Below are positions 53,925 to 64,000 of a stretch of 64,000 bases of DNA, one piece after another. Every line of letters begins with the position of its first letter. The stretch's first letter is position 1. This stretch comes from Chrysomallon squamiferum (lineage: Eukaryota; Animalia; Mollusca), in contig CM022667.1 in NCBI GenBank assembly GCA_012295275.1, positions 20,708,001 through 20,772,000 of the forward strand, written 5' to 3'. The position numbers and the translations under genes were made by a program. The notes beneath the pieces are model-generated. The model did not search any database. It saw only the letters and a list, made by a program, of their open reading frames with translations, and was not told the origin of the DNA.

Positions 53925-54500
53925 ACAGTTCTAGAAGACTAAACATAACAATTATCCTACAGTTTATACAGTACTAGAAAATTACTATAACTAAATGATT
54001 AAACTACAGTTTATACAGTTCTAGAAAATTACGATAACTAAGTGATTAAACTACAGTTTATACAGTTCTAGAAAATTACGATAACTAAGTGATTAAACTA
54101 CAGTTTATGCACTTATAGAAAATTACTATAGGCTAAACGATTAACCTATAGTTTATACGGTTGTAGAAAATTATTGTAACCAAACGATTAATCTACAGTT
54201 TATACAGTTCTAGAAATTTACTATAACTACATGGTTAATCTACAATTTATACAGTTCTAGAAAATTAATACACACTAAATGATTAACTTATAGTTTATAC
54301 AGTTCTATAATTGCTATACTCTAAACAATTAATTTACAGTTTATACAGTTCTGAATCATTAATTCACACTGCAGGATTAACTTACAGTTTATACAATTCT
54401 AACAATTCCTTTACATTATACGATTTAACTTCGGTTCATATAGTTCTTAAATGTTGTTGTACGTTACACGATTCACGTACAGCTTATACACAACTAACAT
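53925..54500. repeat. 47 bp minisatellite, about 12 progressively degenerate copies, in intron 1 of the MATH gene
   Basis: ctacagtttatacagttctagaaaatta recurs at 53957, 54004, 54051, 54098 and onward. Confidence 0.92.
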
Positions 54501-55263
54501 TATACAATCATTTTTAAGCAGTTCTTGATTATCGGAAAAATTATTGCCGATACTTAACGCAGAACAAGCAACGGATGGAGATAAATAATTAAGGAATGCC
54601 TATGTGCACGCAGTGAAATATGTTCCAGGTATAATGTTACAGTTTGTTTTTGTCGGTAGGGTTTCTATTGTTGTAATTTATTAATGAATATTACTTTCTG
54701 ATTACAGTTTACACTATATTTCTTGCAGTGGAAACTATTTGTGAAACAGCAGTCGACATGAAGTCGACATAGATCATTAGTTTCAATGTCAGACAGCATG
54801 TTTTAGACAAATAATGTCATTTCAGTCTGTAATTAGAGTGTAGGAAAATATTATGATTAATAGTGATTTTTTTTTTTCACAAGAAAAATAACATTAAAAG
54901 CAAGTCACGAAAATTTTTTAAAAATTCACTATAAAATGAAATGGTCGATTTATGAGAGGACTTTTTTTTACCGCTTTTAAAATTTCTAATAAATTATAGT
55001 TTGTTTGGCAAGATTTATCACGTGATGATAAATAATTTATCTAGATTCAAGCTGCTCCTTGACAATTTGCAGCAAAAGAAACCATTAAATATTCTCTTGA
55101 AAAATTATTCTGCTTCCAAAGTGATGCTGAAATAATCAAATTTACTTTCAAAAAGTAATAAAATAATTTTCGTTAAATGTAATATTTTCTAATGACAATT
55201 ATTCTAACAAATATAAAGTGGATGTAATTTGATTCTTTGTATTTTTGCTGTTGTTGTTTTGTT

Positions 55264-55363
<100 letters not shown>

Positions 55364-56190
55364 TTAATAATTGGTTGTTTTTTTGTTTTCTTTTACTAAT
55401 TTTTATTTATTTGTTTATTTTTGTTTTATTTTATTTTATTTTATTTATTCATTTTTTGGAGAGAGATACTATTTTACCTATAATAGATTAATTAACAGTA
55501 TAAATTAAATGCAGAAGATGAAAAAGGTTTATCACAGTTGAACTAAAATATATTTATAAAATAAATACTGTTTATTGGATGAATGTTTATATCATAAAAA
55601 AGTTAATGTTGTGTTTTCTGCAGTTACATATAACTATTATATCGTTGACTAATTCATATCATCAAATGAGATATAACTAAATATTTGCTACTGAATGTGT
55701 CAGCCTTATTTAATATTATACACCATAGCGACGAAACAGTGTGGCTGTCAAGATTCTGAAACATATACGTGTAAATGTGATTAACGAACGCGTTATATTC
55801 ATACAGAATTACTTCTGATTACTCTGGGCAGAACCAAAAAAACAGCGATAATTATACCATCTACGATAGTATAAACGTCTATCCTTTAAAACAAGTATTT
55901 GCATGTTCACGTAATTACTGCATTACACAACAAAATTACTCGAGAGATAACTAAAGCAATCGATTTCAAACACGGGAAGAAACGAAAAAAACACCACCAC
56001 TGCAATGAACGTACATCAACAGAACGCATCAAGGTATTTAAAGATAATTTGAAGACAGTACTATTTAAACATAAAACCAAATTACTTTATTTTTATTTTA
56101 CTTATTTTTTCTCTTTTTTTTTTTCTTTTTTGTTTATAGTTCTCTACACGACTCAGTTCTGATAGAGTTTTTGGTTTTAATTTGTTGGTG

Positions 56191-56191
<1 letters not shown>

Positions 56192-56283
<92 letters not shown>
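56192..56283. repeat. (TG)n microsatellite
   Basis: Perfect run about 80 bp into intron 1 of the MATH gene. Confidence 0.98.
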
Positions 56284-56286
<3 letters not shown>

Positions 56287-56364
56287 TTAAAGTTTTGCTG
56301 GGGTTGTTTTTCATTACAGGTGGTATTTTCTTTTCTTTCTTTTTTTCTTTTAAAATTGTCTTAC

Positions 56365-57468
56365 CTCATCCACAGTTATTTCAGTCTTGGCCTGCATGCC
56401 ATCATCCAGGTCCTGTTGGATGTAATACTTGCTAAACGGTCCATCTTGTGCTTTGACGGGTTTAGTCATATTGTGAGACATCACCTTGATGTTCCAGGCG
56501 ACGTACCTGGAGAACTTCCTTGGCACGTGTGATATGTCAGTGTAGTATAACTTGAACGTCAGATATTTTCCACTTGTGTCAGCCTCCAGCATCCACGCCT
56601 GTTTATCCCGATCATACAGATGTGCTCTGCTTGTATTTCTGTTCACACCGTACAAACAGATCTCACTTACTGACACCACGGAGACCATCTCCACTTTGAC
56701 CCTCAAGGTGGACCTTCCTCTAGAAAGTCTAGCTAGAGATGCTCCTACTGTGAACGGTTCTGCAAATCCAGAGATATCCAAGACTTGTTCTATCTCGCCG
56801 GAGTCGAAAATCCCCTCATCTCCTAAGATAACTCTGTAGCGAACGTTATTGAGATGGTCAAAGTTGGTGTGTCTTTGTAACTGAATTGCAACGCTTCCGT
56901 CAGCTTCTACCGAGCTTGTGTCAGGGAACAGCGAAATACTCCAGTCAAACAAACCAAACGAAAAGTATGTTGACTCTAATCTATCGCCATATACTTGTTT
57001 CGAAGAATGATTGTCTTTTGGAAGCTTCATGTAACACTCGTATATACAGAGGACATTTCTCATTTCCAGTTCTACCAAGACATCGCCGAATTCTTGCATA
57101 AAACCTCTTTGAACTAAGTCATCAATTTCTATAAAAGTTTTCCTGCCGAAAACATTAGATTCGTGGCTAAACTCGCAATTTTTTTCTATAAAATGTTCAT
57201 TCTTTGTAAAATGATCTTTATTCAAAATTGTAAAAGTAAAATCCAGACGACATTTAATTCCTTGAGTTGTCGTCTGCAGTTTCAGAAAGGCGCCTATGTG
57301 ACGGTCACTCCTCACAAAACTTACTGACCATCGCTGATATCCGTACACAAAATCCTTGGCATAACAGTCGGGTGTAAATTCACGGACAATTTTTCCTGGC
57401 AAGAGGAAGGTAAATATCTGTGCATTGAAACGATCGTTGAGTTTAACGAACCTGTACAGTTTGGCCAT
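56365..57468 (-). CDS. MATH/TRAF-like domain protein, coding exon 1
   Basis: 1104 nt open frame from MAKLYRFVK. MATH-like repeats FVYGYQRWSVSF..IGAFLKL..FTFTILN..FGRKTFI and STYFSFGLFDWSISLFP. Donor GAG|GTAAGA, phase 0. Confidence 0.92.
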
Positions 57469-58224
57469 ACTGCATAGTGAATGCAAGTTGTGAATGTAAG
57501 AGTGATAGCTCGCGGTGGCTCAAAGAACCTTTAACAGATCAATACAACATTGCCATTTGCTGTTTTCACAGACGCTGTAGGAAGGGAAAGGAATATTTGT
57601 TTTTACTACACTCCGCCTCACAGCTATGTGCAACAGCGTGACGACTGGTTTCTTGTCTGCAGAGACAATAACTGGTCTGGCAAGTTAATTGCAATCAACG
57701 TTCCCGTGCGTTGTCGTTCTGGGACGACTCTGTCGCACTGAGCTCCATTATGTATATTATACTGACAATCAATACATACCATTGTTGTTGATTTGCTCTT
57801 ATTTTTAGCACTGCCACACCGTAGCGTAACGCTTATTCTTTTGTCGTGTTTCTATTCTTTTTTAATTTCAGCAAAACAGTTATTTGTGACAATAATGAGG
57901 TTGTATTTTACAATACTAATAGAAAATGAACAGTCAGACAATGGTGAATCTATTTAGTTAGGTAAATTAAATGTTCATCTAGGTTTACTACAGTTCACAC
58001 AGGTCATATTTATATATTATTTATAACGTCTTTAATTAATTAAGCTGTCAGATATGAGCTGAATAACTGGATAATTGTATGTATGTATGTATTGATGTAG
58101 GCATGTATATATAAGTATGTTTGTATGTATGTAAGTATGTATGTATGTATATTTATATGTATGTATGTATGTATATATGCATGTACGTGTTATGTACGCA
58201 TGAATATATGCTTGCATATATTTA

Positions 58225-58266
<42 letters not shown>

Positions 58267-61099
58267 TGTATATATTATGTGTATGTATATATGTGCATGT
58301 ATATATGTGCATGTACATACCTATCTGTGTTTATTTTTATGGGTGTGGGTATGTGGATGTATTTATGTATAAACTATACATCTCTATACAACATTATAAA
58401 ATTATATTTGACTTCTAATGGATTTCAAATGACAATAAAAATTTTAAAATCGATTACTTACAACTCCCTTTCATTTGATCGCATGCGCCCTGGTTGCTTG
58501 TACTAAATTCCCAAGCCTGTTAAAACGAGATTATATTGATTTTACGTTATCTCCTGCTATTATTGCAGCTTTATGGCTATTTCACATAGTTACGGCACCA
58601 GAAAGTCATTACAGATTATGTGACAGAAGTACACAAATACACACAAAACCACTGAAGAAAATAGTCTAATAATTGTTATTGCTACTTGTATGAACATTTA
58701 CATACAGAACTGTAAATACGTGTATAGCACAGTATTAGAGTAAATATTTTTTACGTGAAATTATAATACGTGCATTTGAAACCTCTACTACAGCAGTGTA
58801 TAGAAGAGTATATATAATACGATATATAAATTAATATTTGCTAAGATCATAATACATGTCACGGTTAATAGTTGTGTAACATTGTTTATACTGATCATTC
58901 TGACATACTTTACAAAACCGCGGTTAACTTAAAACATAAATATTTGATTACGTACGTAATTTGTTGCGTTTCAATTAACTTCTCAAGACCGATATTGTTC
59001 TGTGTGAACTATAAATAAAACAGATTGATCGAGTTATCTATTTTAGGTTCTCAAAAACAAGAGTGTTTTTATTGTGTTTTTTCCTTTCGGTGTAACTAAC
59101 ATCCACGGGTTTCAGTTACTTGCTATGTTTTTATTGTTCTCACTTGTTTTGGATCATGCTAATACATTTAATTCAAATTCTATTTATGCAGTATCGGATT
59201 TAGACTTGGCGATACCCTTAATCTATATAAAAACTGAAGCCCTTCTTTCTTTCCTTCTTTTTTTCAAAATTAAACCAACTTGTTTCTGGTTTCAGAAAAC
59301 TTGAAAATAGATATTTTTTTAATTATTTAATAGCAAAGTGAACAATACAAATTATTTTCAAATGAATGCACTTACTGATTAATGTTAATACAGTATTAAA
59401 AATGAATTAAAACTCCAATCTTCTTAATGCCCAGACATGTGAGGCCAAATGTTGTAGCTTGTACCTAAATCCGGCACTGCATTTATAAATACAACTACAT
59501 AACATAATTTCTATTAAATCACTGCTATATCACTGGAATTTATTTTAACATATATCAGAATGAATGAAAATCAATAAGTTATTGTAAATACTTAAATTAG
59601 TCTGAGTCTTCAGTTGAAATTTATCTTTGCTGTGTTTCTTTCAGCAAAGCTGTCATGCTTACTTATTAGGCAAAATGTACTTTTTCTTTACTTATCATTA
59701 AGAAATATTATTTTTGCTTCAGTTAATACTATGTAAAGCATTATAAAATTATTCAAGTCTGCCGATAGCAGACGTGTTCCTTTCAGAGAAAAAAAGTAGT
59801 AGACACGTATTATTTCACTGGCATTTATATTAAATAAATAAACGTATGGCTTTTTTAAAACCATGACCGGTAAACAAGTGATTCAAGAAAGTAGCCATTT
59901 TACTTGGCACCTTCTCGCGTGATGGAGTAACAAGTTTTCAAACGGAAATAATAAAATACCGGTTACCTCCCCTGACCTCTGATACTTTGGGTAAATGGCG
60001 TTTAAACCGATTAGGATGTTTTTGTCCACTGTATCCTACAGTACGGCATTTTGAACTTGTTTTGGTAATGTTAGCTAAAAAGAAGAAGAAAATAAATAAA
60101 GTGATAAATAAATAAACGTATCGGTAATATTGTATTACAAGTATTTTGGGATTGACGGTTCAATGAATTTACGAAGAAAACGTTATATTTATAGCAGCAC
60201 TGACGTTAAATTTTATTTATTTATTGAGTGTTATGTATTAATGAAATTTGGGAGTTTTCTATATTCAAACATATTAATTTGATGTTAGTTGATATTGGCG
60301 TTTCAAGATTATCCCTCACACCAATATATATACCACATAATAAAAAAAAGAATTCAGATTTGAATACGCTTTATGAGGTAGATATATTAATTTATATAAT
60401 TTATACTGTGACCTCATGTCTGAGATACGTTATTGTTAATTTATCTGCTGTTAATGCCATCCACGTACTCTATATTTAGAAGATAAATAGTTAGGCAAAT
60501 AGATAGATAAACAGATAGACAGAATGACACACAGATAGACAATCACAGAGGTTGGAGGTCATTTCATGACCTGATTGATAGCGTCGTACCTCGAGGAAAA
60601 TGGCTCGGAGTAGCAGACTTCTATTTGTGTCAGAGATAAACGAGCTCAGACATGGGTGAAAACCAATAAATTGCCTGAAATCTATAAATTGTTCAAATAC
60701 ATTTTTTGCTATTGAAAAGCTATAAAAGACTACCAGTTTTAATTCAGCTTGAAAATAATATATAAGAAAAACTTTATTACAAATTGTGCGGGATATTACC
60801 GTGAGGGATGTTACATTTTGTCCACTAACATAAAATGAAGTTCTCTGTCCATATTAAGCAGTTTCACTAATGTGATGATAAAATCATTTTAATGCATGAT
60901 TAAGATGATAACATTGTTTACATCAAAAGTATGATTAATCACAGTGCAAGAACCGGCGACTGTCCTCAGTGATGATATAGTGAAATCGAATAATTCTTCT
61001 GATAGCTGGGACATCAGCAAAAACCTCTTTCACTCTGCGTGTTTCGTTTCAAATACACCGACATATGGCACCTAGCCACCTAATCAAAGGACGATGAAT

Positions 61100-61420
61100 G
61101 CTTCACCATTGTTGTTTTCCTTTGTTTCATTTCAGCCTAGACATACTATTTTACAAAGTCACCTATACCAATAACAGGCCTCTTGACAAAAAATTCCTGT
61201 GAATAGTTTGTTGTTTACTTTTATTGCGAAATCATTGCAGTTGTTATGAAGCTGTTTTTGAGTTCTGACAGTGGTCCATCAGACCAGATCCGTGCAGTTT
61301 TGACTGAGCTGGGATCATTTCCAAGAGCATGTCAAGGTGTGCTAATAGTCTCTTTCGAATGTGCAAGATTATCACAAATGAGTGCAGAATGCAAATACGC
61401 CACATCGGCTGTAAAAAGAC
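61100..61420 (-). pseudogene. Decayed DDE transposase relic (Sola-like)
   Basis: Frameshifted peptides LICDNLAHSKETI, VKTARIWSDGPLSELKNSFI and KRPVIGIGDFVK*YV, resembling the WSDGxxxQFKN and HGKGPVDGIGG motifs. Confidence 0.6.
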
Positions 61421-61577
61421 TCATTTGATGTTGCTGCCAATGAGCACTTTGTATGTCATTCAACGAATAATATAGAAGTGCTCCATAAACTGGGGCAATA
61501 AGGAGGAAATGTAGAGGCGCAAATCATCAGTTGTTCCCTCCTTCTATTTCTGAAATTCTCTCATCTGACATACCAAA

Positions 61578-62326
61578 TAAGGTTTGCAAATTACCGATAA
61601 TATCAATACCGGTAAATTACTGACAGATATTCTCAATACCGGTTTTCACCGGTTTTAATTAGTTTGTGCATAGGAAAAGGTACTAACGGGGCTTTTTGTG
61701 GACACTGTTTTCTCTTATACATACTCATTTTATTTATTATTTGACACTCATCTGACAACATTATTCATTATCCTCCTGTCTTCAGAAAAAATCGTGAAAT
61801 GAACCTTTATAGAACTTAAAATGGGTACAAAAGGTATATAAGAAATGTATATGCAATAAAAAAACCAAGAAGAAATGTGGATGCGAATTTTATAAAAAGG
61901 AATCGAGGAAATTACGTTTATTATCTAAAATGTACATCATATGTTTTGCAACTTTTGAGAAGGGAAGTTCTGATTCATTCTTCGATACTCGTGAAGTATG
62001 ACTTTTAAAAACACAAAACATCTAGTGTCTTGGGCAACAACCGAGAAGCAGGAGCCAATCCCTTATCATTAGTCGCCAAAATGACTTAAGATGGCAGCAA
62101 TCAAACAGGTAAATGTGGAACATTGAACAGACGAGCATCGAACTCGCATCTGAAGGCACGCTAGCAACACCTGAGTAACTACATAATCTTATGTTAACAA
62201 CTAACATATCTCTCAACATAACTCGTTAAAATTTAGAAAACCGGTATTGGTGCTTCATAATGGTATTACCCATCGATTACTAAAACCGATATATACAGGT
62301 ATTTAAATACCGGTTTTCGAACCCTA
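61578..62326. mobile_element. Non-autonomous hAT-type element (749 bp) with an 8 bp target-site duplication
   Basis: ATACCAAA at 61570-61577 and 62327-62334. Imperfect TIRs TAAGGTTTGCAAA and TTTTCGAACCCTA. Clustered subterminal ACCGGT motifs at both ends. Confidence 0.85.
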
Positions 62327-64000
62327 ATACCAAATCACTTTCGCTAGTTTATTCATGTCAATCATGGCCATAAAAACTTAGCAGTTTTAGCAATTGTTAG
62401 GAGTATGTAAGAAATGATTATTCAACTCCTCATTCATCATGGTCATTGCTTTTATCTAGGGCTTGGAACATTTGAAAGCATCCAGCTTTATTATCTCTGC
62501 TTTTTACATGAAATGCAGTGCTTTCTTCCCCGATCTGCCATCGTCTTTCTTTCTAAAATCCTCTTTAGGATGAATTCAGGCATCTTCATTCCTATTTCTT
62601 TACTTTTCTGTTCACTTTTATGTTTTTTTTTTTTTTTTTTTTTTTTTGTCTGTCATTGATTATCATTTTAATATATGTGATTAGTATCTTTTTTTTTAGA
62701 CTCGAAATAAGAATTTTTCAGAACAGCATGAAAAATTTATTATATACTTTTATTTGTTATGAGGATGTTGCCTGATCAAATTGATTTGATTTTTCATTTA
62801 AAAAATTGAAGAATTATGAGTAAAAATATCATTATGCTGCAGCTGAACTGATTGCTATTTGGTGTAACAACCTTTCGTTCAAAAATATTTAATAAATAAG
62901 TCAGTAGTAAAATCTTTTCTTGATTTAAATGAAAGTGATAGATGTTATTGTATTTTATTTTTCCTGAGACGGACGTTACATGTATGAATGTTACAGTTTT
63001 CTTTTCTCTCTCAAAAACAAATAACATAATTTGAAGTCTGCCTGATAAATTTATAAATTTTCAACTAGAAACAAAAAATATGATTATATACCTTCATCTT
63101 TTCTGCTCACATAAACAATTTAGACTTTTATTTTTTATTTGTTTTGTTTTGTTGTTGTTGTTGTTGTTGTTGTTGTTTGTGACGGACCTTAAATTCACTT
63201 GGCAATTTGCTTCAAATCCAATATTTAGTTTACTATTTTCAAAAATATATTTAAACTTCCTTATCTTTTTAAACTGATAGAAATGAAGTGTTAAAGCCAG
63301 TTTAGTGTCAGTGATTTGATTTGCATAATATTCCTGTGTTTGGTTAGTCTGTAGTATTGAAATTATGTGACGCGTCTTCATGTCAGATTCACAAAGAAAA
63401 AATAACAGTAAAAATGTTTATCATTTTCTGTAAGTTCGAAAACGAATGTTTAAATTCTGATCCTTTGCATAATGGAAGACTGAATGATTATTTTGTTGTT
63501 TTTTTGTCGTTTTTTTTTTTTTTTTTTTTTTTGCCCTTAAACCTTGGGACTGTCCATATGCATTTGCAACATAAAGAGAGAGAACCAGAGGGAAACAGAG
63601 TGAGTGGGTGTGAGAGAGAAGATTTTGTATTGTTCGATACAATGGTTGAATGCAGTTGTATTTCTAGAGAGAAAGGATTAAATTAAGAAAACCCGTAGGC
63701 TATCACTGCTCTTTCGCATTGCCTGCGTTAATCACTGTATTTCAAAAACGCTTGAACTCTGGGAAAGCTGTCATTTACAGTGCTAAAGAAATCAATTTTT
63801 CTTTAACACAATATCAAAATGTTTGCTGAGAATTTGACAGTTTAAACTGTCTTTATCCTTTAGACATTTTCATCCTCATTTGAATATGCCGTATGACATG
63901 ACATGAGACGTAAGATGTTTTATTCCTTTTATTGTAGCTAAAATAATTGTATTTATATTAATAGCAGTAAGTATACCAGTATATATATATATATATATTT

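Noticed and set aside
53925-54500. 47 bp minisatellite as another splice-junction-derived array
   Set aside because: It lies mid-intron with no visible similarity to either flanking junction. It shows that arrays also arise away from junctions, which tempers the main hypothesis.

Overview
AT-rich, microsatellite-dense eukaryotic DNA from an invertebrate animal, probably a mollusc or other lophotrochozoan (inferred from TTAGGG repeats and gene content). I assembled four intron-containing genes by hand, all on the minus strand, with GT-AG junctions in consistent phase. They are the first two coding exons of Tbx20 (the gene runs off the left edge), a 3-exon FAM69/DIPK1-family kinase (424 aa), a 7-exon four-EF-hand calmodulin-like protein (about 176 aa), and a 3-exon MATH/TRAF-like protein with a C-terminal coiled coil (462 aa). 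Non-coding features include a 3.8 kb head-to-head (TTAGGG)n/(CCCTAA)n composite satellite, decayed MULE-, Sola-like and pogo-like transposase relics, several MITE-like elements and candidate Tbx20 enhancers. The most striking pattern is three intronic tandem arrays built from copies of the adjacent splice junction. One of them fills almost an entire 1.65 kb intron with about 28 decoy 5' splice sites. Family assignments rest on motif recognition from memory; no database search was run.
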